NCBI GenBank assembly: GCA_964016885.1
Contig: OZ024743.1
Coordinates: 268,150,001-268,214,000 of the forward strand
Length of the DNA stretch: 64,000 nucleotides
Direction: 5' to 3'
Origin: Eledone cirrhosa
Lineage: Eukaryota
In this document: positions 14,014 through 27,302 of the stretch, one piece after another
Layout of the letters: every line of letters starts with the position of its first letter
Position numbering within the stretch: position 1 is the first letter of the stretch
Notes under the pieces: model-generated
Told to the model about the DNA's origin: nothing
The model's input: only the letters and a program-made list of their open reading frames with translations
Databases searched by the model: none
Made by a program: the position numbers and the translations under genes

Positions 14014-14361
14014 CTGTTGTCATCCGGTATTCGCGGGGGTTACGTTAATAGAGCACCGGCAAAGAGTGAAAAACCGCGAACATTGGAGGTGGTCCATAAA
14101 AAAATAAATCGAAAAAAGAGGGAGCCACTTATGCGAAGGGGCGTCCGATAGGCCGGGAAATACGGTATATTGTTATTAATAATTTAGCGTTAAAAGATAT
14201 ATATTGTAACGAAAAAAGCCATAAAATAAATCGTGGAAGATATTTACGATTCCGTGAATATGCGGTGGTTTCCATGAACAATTATTAGTTAGGTTCTAAT
14301 GAAACTTCCGCGAATAACCAGGACCACGAATGGTGGGACAACGAATACCCAGGGTACACTG
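14014..14361. mobile_element. pogo/Tigger-like MITE
   Basis: TA-flanked, with imperfect TIRs ctgttgtcatccggtattcg / cgaatacccagggtacactg. Subterminal cgcgaa repeats. A second TIR-like fragment (ggccgggaaatacggta) lies at ~14151-14167. Confidence 0.55.
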
Positions 14362-14427
14362 TATATATAGGGACTAATTTTATCATATGTAACCCATGTG
14401 CAACCACGCAGTATTCCTCTTCTCATG

Positions 14428-14471
<44 letters not shown>

Positions 14472-14480
14472 TATATATAT

Positions 14481-14597
14481 AGTAATAATAATAAATTTGA
14501 AGACTAAAATCCAAAGAGGGCTCGATAAGGATAAATATATATCAAATTTATCAGAACAGTAGAGCAAATATTTATTAAGATAACAGATTAAAGTTTA
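14481..14597. mobile_element. (TA)n-abutting repeat, family C fragment
   Basis: Near-identical to 22785-22901. Confidence 0.75.
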
Positions 14598-14921
14598 TAG
14601 AAGTATTTGTATACACGCACACGCACACACATGTATACTATATATATATATGTTTTATATATATTTTTATGTGTATTTGGTGTATACGTTCGTATGTGTG
14701 CGGGTACAGGCGTCGCATCTGTTGTGCACGTGCGTGCGTGTCTTTTTTGTGTACGTGCTTGTATTTCCATACCCATGGCGGGTATTTTCGCGTATGCATG
14801 TGTATGTATGTACATGGATGCGTGCATTTATATATTTAAATTTTGTTGATTTCAATTACCTCTGTAATTTATTTACATTTCTCTTAACTCTGAAGCCGAG
14901 AATCTTTCGGTTTCCCAATTA

Positions 14922-15267
14922 GAATTTTAGTCTACGACTTTCATTTATACCATAAACGTGGTTTTGTCTTTGCGTGTAATTGTTCTCATCACTCCACATA
15001 ATGACGTATTATCTTCGTTTTTTCCGTTCATTGCCAGAGAAGGTCTCCACGAACCACCTAATAGGATATTAGTCTACGACTACATGTATACCATAAACGA
15101 GGTTTTGCCTTTGCGTGTAATTGTTTTCACCGATCCAAATAATTGTTTCTACTTTTTGGCACAAGGCCAGCAACACCCAGTGTATTACTGGTACTTTATT
15201 TTATCAAATAATGACGTATTATCTTCGTTTTGTTTTCGTTCTTTGCCAGGGAACGTTTCCACGAAGG
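14922..15267. repeat. ~143-bp tandem duplication; second copy interrupted by a SINE 3' fragment
   Basis: ttagtctacgact...taccataaacg...ataatgacgtattatcttcg occurs twice. The insert at ~15142-15205 matches the SINE tail and is flanked by a repeated caaataat. Confidence 0.75.
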
Positions 15268-15345
15268 AAAGTATCGTCTTCCTGTCTTCCTTCTGTTGCA
15301 AGGTTTTCGAAATATTTACTTCTGCATTCACAGATTGATTTTTTT

Positions 15346-15408
15346 AGTTTCAGAAGATTCCGATAAGGGTGAAAGCAACGATACTTTGCTTAAACTTTAA
15401 TCTGTTAT

Positions 15409-15411
<3 letters not shown>
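15346..15411. mobile_element. Family C fragment, inverted relative to 22882-22947
   Basis: Its reverse complement matches aaaataacagattaaagtttaagcaaag...atcttctgaaact. Confidence 0.75.
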
Positions 15412-15438
<27 letters not shown>

Positions 15439-15439
<1 letters not shown>

Positions 15440-18400
15440 GTATAACAGAGAAAACACAGGTAAGCATTAAGAGAAGAATTTTATCCAGGTATTTACGACC
15501 GTTTCATTGGTAAGTGCAACCTTATATTGCTATACTGCAAATAGCAGCCACTCAATTATAATTGTTGTTCACAATTGTTGAACGGAATTCTTACAAACTT
15601 GTGGAGTTACCCCTAATCGTAAGTTGAAACCATCCATGAAACTAGCTTTCTTAACCAAGAACTGGATCACAATAAGCAATTTTTTGCTTCTCTAACTACA
15701 GGGTCCTTATCGGTCGAGCAACCACCTAAACATACGTTACTACTATGGACAAGCATTACATAGGTATGTCCCTAAAGAACATTCCTATACCTCGGAGAAA
15801 GGATTATACCCTCGAGATGATACAGCGAACAAACGACTTTATACGCAGAGTTAGATGGAAAACTTTCCACTTCGACAAAGGACGTAATGGTCGCACCGTG
15901 GAATACAACAAGGAAACATACGGTTTCAAATCGTGTAAGAACCCATCTACCAACCCTCAACTGGATGCCTTTGAACAGGACTTACTGAAGATGATTATGA
16001 ATATCAAATTCAAAAAGAGGAGGAATAATAAACTCTAGAATGACATAAATACATTCCTAAAAAAGCTGCGAACCACCAATGGAATTATTGTCAAAGCGAA
16101 CATCAAATATGTATACGATGGATGTTAATACATACAATAGCTTCATACAGAAGGAATTACATAGGAAATACAAAAATACTAATGTGGCGGCACTGATAAA
16201 CATCAACAACGAGGCACACAAAATAGTCAAACACCTAGGAATAGACGACAGAACGGAGCCACTTAGGCCATGCACCCCCACATTTAACCTCAAGGACCAC
16301 AAGGTAAATTTTGATTATAACCCCACAATTAGACTTATATGCCCGTCCAAATCGGACATCGGGAAAATTAGTAAACGTATATTAGACAGAGTGATAGCAC
16401 AAATAAAGAATATACTAGTGATTAAACTATGGGGTTACGGTACCGAAACAATTAAGTGATTTAACAATATAGCTAACAAAGAAGTATCTAAATTTATACA
16501 ATTTGACATTAACGATTATTACTCATCTATATCCCCCAACACCTTGGATAAAGCCTTAGCATTCGCCAAAGCCAATTCTGACATAACAGACGACGAGATA
16601 AAAATCATATTAGCTGCTAGGAAAACAATAATTACATTTGAAAACGCCTATTGGGAACGTAAGGATAGATTAAATAACTTTGACATCACGATGGGGGCTA
16701 ACAACTCGGCTCAAGTCACAGATTTAGTAGGTATTTACATAGCCCATAGTTTACAAAGTGAGTTTAGCGACCTTCGCGGTGGAATCTACAGAGACGACCT
16801 CTTCTCCTAGTTAAGAACCAAAATAACCAGAGCATAGAAAGAATCCGTAAGTATATTAGAAAGACTCTCGGGAAACTAGGCCTTAGCATAACGTATGAGT
16901 ATAGAACTAAAACAGTTAACTTTCTAGACGCGACGCTTAACCTAAATACGGGAATTATAAGACCTTTTCACAAAATTAATGAAAACTTAGCATACATCAA
17001 CTGTAACTCAAACCACCCACTATCCATAATTAAATCCATTCCACACAGCATATCCCTTAGGATCTCCCGCCTCTCGTCTAAACGACAAATCTTCGAAGAA
17101 CATGCAGAATACTACAATACCGCATTAGACAAGGCAGGCCACTCAGATAGAGTAGAATATATAGATGAAAGCCTCCGTGAAGCGCACACGAACAGGCATA
17201 ACATAAACTCTGGTAACACACGCACACACGCACTTACGCATAGAACTGCAAAGTATACGGCAAATAGAAATACAATATCGAAATCAAACAAGTCACGCAG
17301 TAGAAAATATATTTGGTATAACACCATATCTAACACCTCTATTAGTACTAACCTACCCTCTACCTTCTTTAGAAAAATAATAAATAAGTACTTTCCAGAT
17401 TCATATAGATACAGCAAAATCCTTAACACTAAATCTATTAGACTATCTTACTCCACGGCACCAAATATAGAGGCACACATTAAGATGCTTAACGCTAAAA
17501 AGATACATAACAACACCAAAACACAAATTTACAACAATAACAATACAATCACCACCGAACACAACAAAATATCTAATACACAACCACCCGCTAATAGGCA
17601 AACAAAACGTAACACACTCGTACAGGCATCGCAGCCCACCAATAATGCCAAAGTTGCTCATGACAAGAATTGTAACTGCCACCTACCTGAAACCTGTCCA
17701 TTACATAATGAATGTATACAGTCTAGCCTGGTTTACCTGGTTTACAGTGGAATCAAACAACCAGAAATGATATTACATCGGAGCGACTGGGAATACATTT
17801 AAAGCCCGTTGGTATACACACCGTTACGCAATGAAACATTCCCAGCATCGTTATGTAACTACTCTTGCAAACAAGACCTGGCAACTGAAGGAAAGTAACC
17901 ATCAATACACCCTGAAGTGGAAAAAATTATCGAACGCGCCCCCATATCGGAGTGGTATGAGAAGCTGTCGATTATGCGACCTTGAGCTGCTTCACATCTT
18001 GAGATCGAAGAATAAGTTACTCAACAATAAAATCGAAAGATCAATTTATTGTAACCATAGACTCAAAGAGAGGTTTTCGCACTACAAATCGAACCGTTAA
18101 TCTCTTACTACCAACTGACAAACTGCATATACTTAGACTTTATACCCTCTTGTTGTATCTAAACCCTTTTAATTACCCACAAAACCAATACATATATCCC
18201 CCTCTTCTCCATCATTCCACTTCTATTTCTTCGTGTCCCCCCCCCCCTTCTTGGCTATCTTTTTTTTTTCTTCTTTCTCACCCCTTCTTTGCTTTTATTT
18301 TTGTCATTATTATCTTTATCTTTATTTTTTATATATATATATATATATATAATATATATATTTATCTCTTTATATTTCCCCCCCTCTCTCTCTTCCTCTC

Positions 18401-18963
18401 TATCCATCCCTCCCACTATGATCAATTTAATTCTCTTTAACTCACTACATTCCACGACATGAAGTCTGCTATCAAAACTGACCAAGGAATCCTTCCACCT
18501 CTACCCCTCCCTCCATCTCAGTTTGTCACTCTAATTCCTACCTCTTCCCCCTTCCTCTCTCTCTATACTATTCCGTTTGTCCCCTCACCTTCTGATTCCT
18601 CTCTCTCTATACTAGTAAATACAATTCCAAATAAATTTTTTTCTCTATATATTAAGAATTATTTCAAGAGTAACTTACTATTTTGAAAATTTGGACTGTG
18701 AACAACAATTATAATTGAGTGGCTGCTATTTGCAGTATAGCAATATCAGGTTGCACTTACCAATGAAACGATCGTAAATACCTGGATAAAATCCTTCTCT
18801 TAATGCTTACCTGTGTTTTCTCTTTTATACTTTATACTCCAAGATTGAACGGAATTCTTACAAACTTGTGGAGTTGCCCCTAACCGTACGTTGAAACCAT
18901 CCATGAAACTGGCTTTCTTAACCAATAACTGGATCACAATAAGCAATTTTTTGCTTCTCAAAC

Positions 18964-18964
<1 letters not shown>
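15439..18964 (+). mobile_element. Penelope-like retroelement 1, near full length, with pseudo-LTRs; probably Hydra clade
   Basis: RT + GIY-YIG ORF remnants. Direct pLTR repeat 15578-15698 / 18845-18964. 5' segment 15439-15573 is the inverse of 18697-18831. (TA)n on both flanks. CxCx5C linker motif. Confidence 0.9.
15745..18100 (+). pseudogene. PLE1 reverse transcriptase / GIY-YIG endonuclease, disrupted by stops and frameshifts
   Basis: Motifs SLKNIP, LKDHK..IRLI, FIQFDINDYYSSI, FDITMGA, GIYRDD, VNFLD, SNHP, CNCHLPETC, LVY..YIG..FKAR..H, LKWK, CRLC, spread across several frames. Confidence 0.9.
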
Positions 18965-18996
<32 letters not shown>

Positions 18997-19286
18997 ACTT
19001 GGGGAGGGTATATTGTTGTAATAATATTGTCAGAATTAATAACAGAACACACTCACTGTTTGGTAGGTTTTCGCTTCTGTATCTTTTATATCAGTTAATG
19101 TTTACCATTGACTGACCAACGGTGAAAAAGTACAGATATTATATAGACACAAACACATATATATAGTCTAACAAAGTTCTTTCGTTGCACATCTGCAACA
19201 TCGTCAGTTGTGCTATTATGTTCCTCCTGTTGTATTGTATATCTACGCCATCTTTATTTAATCTGTTTATTTATTTATTTATTTAT

Positions 19287-22200
19287 TTATATTTCTCTTA
19301 AGTCAGTATTGTTTGTTTGGGTGATGTTGTTATTCCATTCATTTTTTCTGTTTAGCTTTGGCCTTCTACGTTCTGTTTCACTTGCATCTCTGATTAGCCT
19401 ATCTGCTGGGTCATTTCTATGTTTAGATAATATTTTAATTTCTATGTTGTCTATGTTACCGTCATGCTGTTGTCTGGCGTGTTCGTATAGTACTGAACCG
19501 TTTTTTCGTCCTTTTAGTTCCCCCCTGTGTGGGTCTATCCTTTCACCTATGCTATGAGCTGTCTCGCCTATGTATGTTGTTGTCATGTTTCTGCAAGTAC
19601 CCTCTGTACATCTTATGCTATAGACTACATTCCTAGTTTTACATTTTATCCGGGGATTTACTTTACATATAATACATTTCCTATTAGTACAGTGGGTTTT
19701 CTTAAAAGGGTATATTTTGCTGATCAGGATTTTATGGTAGTTCCTGGCTTTTCTACCACCTTAATCATTATATGGGTCTTTCTCAGGGCCTTTCTCCACT
19801 GGTTAGCAAATTTCTCCACAGGGTAGCGTCCACGAACATGACACTCTGGTATCTCTGGTTGTCGTACCATGAGGTGGCTTTCCCTATCATATGTTTAGTC
19901 CTATCTAAGCTATTGCATGATTTGCTCCTGTATAATGGGAACATAAATTCCATGTCCCGTTCTATGAGGGTCTTATACTTCTCTATAGCTCCTTTGTATA
20001 CTCTGATTCTGTCTCCTTGGTGGTAGCAAGAGAACTGCATGTGGTTAATGAAGTGTTGGATGTGTCTTTCCATTTCTGTTGGGTCGCACATGCGGGACAG
20101 GTTCTTCATCACTCGTACCAAGTCTACGATCAGAAAATTAAACTTAGCACTACTAGACATTGCTGAATTTTTGATTATCAGGTATTTGGAGGCCATGGGG
20201 TTAGCGTTGTGTGAGTGGAGAATTTGAGCCCTCTCGTCTATAGTGTTAATCCAGTGTTCCGTGTCTAATACAAGTAGTCTACTGTTAGGGTGTTTGGAAG
20301 TTAATCGATAGTTACAGTTATACTCTGGTATGGAATTAGCTATCTGATGGATGCTTTCCATTGTGTACATTCTAAATCATACTTGTTAGTAATCTCTTCT
20401 GGGGGTATCTTTATTACTGTATTAATGTCGTCTACGTAACGAGAGTACATGATGAGGTCTATGGAGATCTCATTAAGGGGATCTTTGAGTCTCCTTTCCC
20501 ACCATACCATAAAAAGGTTGGCAACGTCACCAGCTATGCTGACGCCAATGGGTGCTCCTTCATTTTGGGTGTAGATCTTCTCCTTGAATTTCAATATGTA
20601 GCCCTTTAGGGTAGTGTTAATACTAGCCCCTTTTGCGTGCGACTATTTTTCTTACCTGATCTTTGTTTTGGGAGGTCTGTATGGCTTTGGTCCACCCAAT
20701 CCACCTTCCCATGGGAGTCTTTTTTGCCATTGAGGTTATGGTGGGAGGGGTTCTACCTTTTATGTGTCTATGGGGCAGAAACGGCTAAGGTCATGGCTGT
20801 CTAGGTAGTCAGTGTCATAGGTAAGTCTAAGTAGGAGGCCCAGTTGGTCTGTGTCGACGTCGCAGAACTCCACCTTACTCTCACTGATCATCTCCACGCA
20901 TTTTTCCACAGCAAAATCAATGTTAATGGATGGGTATAGTGATACTATGTCCATACTGCCTATTATGCAGTTAGATATGTTTTTGTTTTTGTTGCACACA
21001 TTGATTCTGCTGAGGAGGTCTTCTGTACTGTCACATCCATCTGGGGACATCTTGATTATGGGACGTATAACCAATTAGAGGAAGTAGGAGATCCTGTAGT
21101 TGCTAGCGATGTTGGCTCCGCATACACGTCTTGTTGGTGGTCCTGTTGTTCGGTCGTCGACTGTTTTATGGTCTTTGCGGAGCCCATATAATGGTGGTAT
21201 GTCATTGTCAGACGCCTGGAAGTTGTTGGCAGTGCGTCTGCTTGGCTTTACGATGTCGATCCACATCATCATGTGAGCGATTAGGATCTTAAGTCTCCCC
21301 TCATGTATTTGCTGTGTAATTTCGCTCGTGTTGGTGATGTGGGGTTGCATAGCCTTGATGTATTTCGGTATCTGTCTATTGACATCCTACCTGACTTATC
21401 CGTGGGTAGATACACTACCTCACCATCCCTTGTGCGCTGCTTGAGGCTAACTAAGCATTCTACAGCTTTCCTTCCAAGTTGTTGGACCTGTGGTCCTCTT
21501 TGCCTCTTAGTATATAGGTCTTGTATATGTCTAATCTTATTTCAAGCTATGGTGAACTGTGCCTCTGTCTCGTCATCTATTTGGTGTGGTATACAAGCCC
21601 TTCTATTAAAGGGTAACCTCGTAGGATAAATTTTACTCTTCTTATATGTTTTGTCAGCTGGGTTGAAGAATAGTTTCTCTAAGGGTTGTCATTATGTCTA
21701 TCGTCATAGTTGTGTGTGTTGCTATTATTGTTATTATGGTTGTTGTTCCTACCATTAAATTATTATTATTGTTATGATTGTTAGATGTATTGTTGTTGTT
21801 TTCTCTATTGTTATTGTTGTTATTACTGTTATTTCTACCATTGTGGTTGTTACTTTTATTATAATGTTTCTTGCTTTTGTTGTTGTTGTATCTACCATTA
21901 ATGTTGCTACACGTATTATTTCCATTATTACTTCTGTGGTTGTTGTTGTTGCTACTCGCATTATTTCCATTATTACTACTGTGGTTGTTGTTGTTGTTAC
22001 TCGTATTATTTCCATTATTAGTACTGTGGTTGTTGCTACTGGCTTTATTTCCATTATTACTACTGTGGTTGTTGTGTCTGTCGTTAATGTTTCTATTATT
22101 ATTATTGTGGTTAATATTACTACCATTATTATTATCACTATTTCTCACTCTCCTGCTATTGTCATTGTGATGACTATTTCTATTATAGCTGTTATTTCTA

Positions 22201-22515
22201 TACTCAGAGTTATTGTCCGTATAGTTGTTGTTGTTTATTTTCGCATTCCAGCGTATTTTTGTGAAACACTTTTCCAGCTCCGTTTTATATTCGATTGGAT
22301 TTATCTTTTTGTAGATAGCAAATTTCTATGGGAGCTGTAGAGACTGTTGTTCTTCTTCACTGATTAAAGTGTTCCCATAAATATTTAGTGTATGGTCTTT
22401 GGTAAATTCTGCCCGTAATGCTACGTCTGTCATACGGATATTGTTGATGTTATCTGGATATTTTTGTAAATTTTCTATTTTCTTTTCTTCTAGTTATTTC
22501 TTCTTCTTCATCCAT
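19287..22515 (-). pseudogene. PLE2 reverse transcriptase / GIY-YIG endonuclease, multiply disrupted
   Basis: LYGLRKDHK, GSMDIVSLYPSI, YTQNEGAPIG..ANLFM, RYVDD, LLVLD, Cys linker CTNRKCIIC, NVVYSIRC..C..YIGET..ER..H..H. Candidate ATG at 22515. Confidence 0.9.
21700..22140 (-). repeat. Asn-coding low-complexity / ~30-40-bp degenerate minisatellite inside the PLE2 N-terminal region
   Basis: Repeated tatttccattatta.t.ctgtggttgttg; the minus frame reads HSSNNGNN repeats. Confidence 0.8.
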
Positions 22516-22528
22516 CCTTAGGATGGAG

Positions 22529-22637
<109 letters not shown>

Positions 22638-22784
22638 ATATATTATATATATATATATTATATATATATATATTATATATATATTATATATATATATATA
22701 TATTATATATATATATATTATATATATATATATTATATATATATATATATATTATATATATAAATTAGATATATATATATATAT

Positions 22785-22955
22785 AGTAATAATAATAAAA
22801 TTTCAAGACTAAAATCCAAAGAGGGCTCGATAAGGATAAATATATATCAAATATATAAGAACCGTAGAGCAAATATTTATTAAAATAACAGATTAAAGTT
22901 TAAGCAAAGAATCGCTTCTTTCACCCTTAATGGGATCTTCTGAAACTGAGTTTCA
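22785..22955. mobile_element. Family C element between (TA)n tracts
   Basis: Matches 14481-14597 directly and 15346-15411 inverted. The minus strand has a hammerhead-like remnant cagaaga-tccc-attaa-gggt-gaaa. Confidence 0.7.
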
Positions 22956-23504
22956 CATATATATATATATATATATAAATAAATATATATATATTCATTA
23001 ATGCTCTACATAATTAAGGTAATATTTCCTATCATTTTAGAACTCGATACAGTGTTTATGGGAATATCCGATCGAGGCATAGTGAAATCTGTTTTTGTGG
23101 AAGGATGACATCTTAATATATGCCGTTGAATATTCAAAACTACAGAATCAGATATATAATGGCAAACAATGAAAGACCGTGACAATGTGTTGTAGTTAAT
23201 TAATCCATTGTTTAATGATAGTTTCAGAGGAGAGATTTATCGATGGGCAGAATTAATCGATGGCAGTTATAAAATTCTATTTCATTACCCTCGAAATCCC
23301 ACATCTGCCGTACATTTTTAGAAACATCGATTATTTTTCCCGCAATATTCCTTAACATTATATTTCCGTCTCCAGGGAGTTACATTTTAAGTAATCAAAG
23401 AACGTGTGTAGAAGCTTCTAATTTTAAATAAAGTTAATTGATATATATTATTCACTCACACACACAACTCCCTCCCCACATATATATGTATGTTTGTTAT
23501 AGAC

Positions 23505-23793
23505 CAAGCAGGGGCAAACTTTTTCGAGAAGCGGGCCGCATGAGATATGGTTCATCATCAGGCGGGCCGCAAGCGCTAATTCAAATTTGTGCCCACATTA
23601 AAAAAAGGCGGTAACTCAGGTTGTTTTGATTGGTTTCTTCAGATTTCGTACACGTTGTTTACCTCGATCGTAAAAATGATAGAAAGATCAATTACAAGTG
23701 AAAAGTTGGGGTAAAAAAATCAGAAAGATTTCACTTAGTTGACTTAGTCGAGCAATTCAGAAAGCTTCGCAGACCGCAGGTTAACCATGACTG
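23505..23793. mobile_element. hAT-type MITE
   Basis: Imperfect TIRs caagcaggggcaaac / gttaaccatgactg. Subterminal gcgggccgca motifs. 8-bp TSD ttatagac / ttatatac (7 of 8 match). Confidence 0.7.
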
Positions 23794-23998
23794 TTATATA
23801 CGGACGTGAGAATGAGTACGAAATACCGAAATAGAGTTTACACATTCCTCATTATGTCTAGCACGTGATCCTATGAGTGCACAAGCGAAACCCCAAAGTA
23901 ATAAAGGATATATATGAAACACAAGCCGAAACCACTTGGGGCAGCGTTTGGGGTTTTCCATGCCTCTCTCCCTCTATCTCCTTCTATATATATATGTG

Positions 23999-24097
<99 letters not shown>

Positions 24098-24714
24098 CGG
24101 GTCACTCTTGAGTGCTACTCGTAACATGTAACTCAGTACAACCTGTCACATGGTCGTGTCGTCGGCGACTAGACCGGCAACCCCACCAAGTTTATTTGGT
24201 GAGGAGGGTGATTTCGGACACTCTGCAGGATAAAAATCAAAACTCGACAAAGGGCGGAAGAACTCATAAGAGTCAACAGCCATCCAAAAGTGTGTAAATA
24301 AGTATATACGTATGTTCGTATGTATGTATATGTATATGTGTATATACATGGGTGCATATGTATATATATGCGCGGGGGCATTGAAATAGTCGAAGAGGAG
24401 ACCCAATCGCGCGGTTAAACTACTGAGAGTGAAGGACCCCTAGCATTTGTCAGGGCATTCTTCTAGGAGAAGGCAACTCAGGAAACTGGGATAACTCCGA
24501 TATAAAACCTGCGGCTCAGTAGTTACCGATGATGTTGATCTTTTCGTTTTTTCGGGTTATAGCTACTGTCGCCCAGAGAGTGGAATAGGCTCAGTGCACA
24601 GTCTTTCCTCACTTTAAAAAATATCATCACGCACAGGCATTGCACGATAGAATTAATTAATAATTATTAATAATGGTATATCGTGCAATGACCATACTCG
24701 ATAACGAGGGGGCA

Positions 24715-24720
<6 letters not shown>
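24098..24720 (+). mobile_element. Dispersed repeat resembling an RTE-type LINE/SINE 5' region
   Basis: ctaggagaaggcaactc..gatataaaacctgc is mirrored on the minus strand at 26480-26520. Microsatellite-flanked. The family assignment is from recall only. Confidence 0.4.
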
Positions 24721-24773
<53 letters not shown>

Positions 24774-24942
24774 CATATACATTTGTGTTAGATAGTTTGC
24801 CAATTAACCAATTAACCAATTAAACTTGATGAAGTCGCTTAAGTCTGGCATCATGATAAAGCTGGATCATAGAAATATGTATCGCTTTTCGCGGATTTGA
24901 AATTCTAAAGTAAATTTCCTGACCGTCATCTGTTGTTTTTAA

Positions 24943-25012
<70 letters not shown>

Positions 25013-25812
25013 TTAGCGAGAATCGTATTTCGCAAATATAATTGTTCGCATATATATATATGCGAACAATTCAGAACCCCGACGGTTGGGCTCCGGCCGT
25101 TACAACAGCTAGATCTGAACTCTGGTGTCTAACTGGTTTTTATCGCCTTTATTCTTATATATATTCGCCCGTCATTTCTGTTCTCCTGTCATTCTTCCCT
25201 ACATGTTTCAGTCCTGGGTGTCCTTTTATATCATGGATCACAGGCTCCGCGCACCAGTTCTGAACAAAGTCTTATGCACCGCCTTGGGTCCTATTCCCTT
25301 CTTGGACTCAACTCACCTCCCCAATTTCTCTAATACCCCGTCCATTATCACACCCCTAGATTTATATCGCTTTCTCTTGATCATTAGCAGCTCCTCTTAC
25401 AACTAATACATGCCGACTATATATGCTCACTCCACTTTTCCCTTCACTGCTCTGTATACACACATACACACCCTTATATTAACATACGTTTGCTCATAGC
25501 TTCGTACCTACATGCACACACACTCTTTTACTGACATATACACTCACTTTTCTTCTTAGCTTCGTAAGGACGTATAATAACACACACACACACGCACGCA
25601 CACACACATACACACACACACCCGCGAACACACACATACACACATACACACATACGCACCCCCCCCCCACACACACACACAAACACATGCTTACGCACGT
25701 GCAGAAGTATAGCTCTTTTTGCAAAACGTCTTTTTTTTTCCATTTCAGTCATCATCCACTTTTCTAAATAATAAATCATACACAAAACGCCAGTACCAAG
25801 AGTTTTGCAGGA

Positions 25813-26036
25813 GATGTCAAAATGAATGGACCTGTTATTTTTATTTAAAGACATTTGTTTGAATCCACCCCCATCCACCCCCATCCCCTCAATACAACTT
25901 TTTCCTCATTCTTTCTTCTGACAAAGGACTAGCGCCCGAAACGTTAAGACCCTCTTACTGCTATAATAAGCGTTAACCTAATATATCCCTTCCATATACT
26001 GTACCGATTGTGTTTTATTTCTGTTTACCTTTTACA
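25813..26036 (+). mobile_element. Family A hammerhead-bearing repeat
   Basis: Aligns with 10324-10550. Motif tctt-CTGACAA-aggactagcgccc-GAAACGTT-aaga at 25914-25949 has a G8 to A change. Confidence 0.75.
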
Positions 26037-26063
26037 TATATATGTGTATATATAGAGAGAAAG

Positions 26064-26200
26064 GGAAGTGGTTACACAACAGTTAGTTCACCAACCGAGA
26101 ACAATTGTTTCACCTTAGCGGATCCTCAGCTCGTAATGGAGGATCCGCTAAGGTGAAACAAATGTATGGTGAACTAACTATTGAGTAACCAAACCACTTC
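26064..26200. repeat. Inverted-junction element (fold-back) containing a hammerhead
   Basis: tgtttcaccttagcggatcctc / gaggatccgctaaggtgaaaca is perfectly inverted; outer arms agttagttcacca / tggtgaactaact. Confidence 0.8.
26096..26133 (-). ncRNA. Minimal type I hammerhead ribozyme motif
   Basis: Minus strand: cgag-CTGAGGA-tccgctaaggt-GAAA-CAATTG-TT-ctcg. Helix I is cgag/ctcg, with a palindromic AACAATTGTT stem III and an atypical U.U at the base of helix II. Confidence 0.65.
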
Positions 26201-26276
26201 TACCTAACTCATCCCATGGACTGAGTGCTCTACCACTACGGATATTACCTTCCAGTCTACTACCTCTCTCCCTCCC

Positions 26277-26399
<123 letters not shown>

Positions 26400-26477
26400 G
26401 AGTATGTAAATATATAATTGTAATTATGTATGCATGAATGTATGTATGTATTGATGCAGGTATGTATGCATATACCA

Positions 26478-26935
26478 TCAGGGTTGCAGGTGTTATATCA
26501 GAGTTTTCCTTCTCCTACAATTCTGCCTCGACAAAGGCTAAGGGGTCATCTCTCCCGGTGATTTTGGATGGCCATTGACTCTTAAGAGCTCCTTTGCCCT
26601 TTGACAATGATGTTGACTTGTTCTTGTTCTTCTTTTTGGTAAATATCATCTTGGTTAAGAGAGTGGGACTGGCTTTGTGCAGTGCCTTTGGTCACTATAA
26701 AAGCTTCACGGCACAGGCATTGCTTTGTATCTGGAGATCTCTCTGCACTTGTCGTCACATGGTGCTAAGGGCACAGCACTATGTGTTAATAATTGTCACA
26801 AGTGTAGTGTTTGTACCAGAGTTTTGAAGTCGCTGGCTGGACTAAAAAGCCACACTCGTTCAGCGCATCGGGAGGGGTTCTCCTACATGGATATAAAGTA
26901 GTGGCGGTACTCGAAAACGAGTTGGCAGCCACCAT
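26478..26935 (-). mobile_element. Dispersed repeat related to 24098-24720
   Basis: Minus strand gagaaggaaaactctgatataacacctgc. Confidence 0.4.
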
Positions 26936-26938
26936 GTA

Positions 26939-27302
<364 letters not shown>

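Larger units (their letters stand above)
18992..22522 (-). mobile_element. Penelope-like retroelement 2 (Neptune/Nematis-like linker), decayed
   Basis: Collinear minus-strand RT and GIY-YIG fragments, flanked by (TA)n at 18964-18990 and 22530-22785. No 5' pLTR is evident. Confidence 0.88.

Noticed and set aside
16457-16459. In-frame TGA in PLE1 as possible selenocysteine, as in some Naiad PLEs
   Set aside because: The context IK*FNN fits a TGG to TGA Trp mutation. The copy has other stops and frameshifts, its endonuclease is C-terminal, and no SECIS was recognised.
19040-19140. Hammerhead in the PLE2 3' region (minus strand ..cagaagc-gaaaacct-accaa)
   Set aside because: Only the GAAA half is recognisable; CUGANGA and the helix II partner are not.
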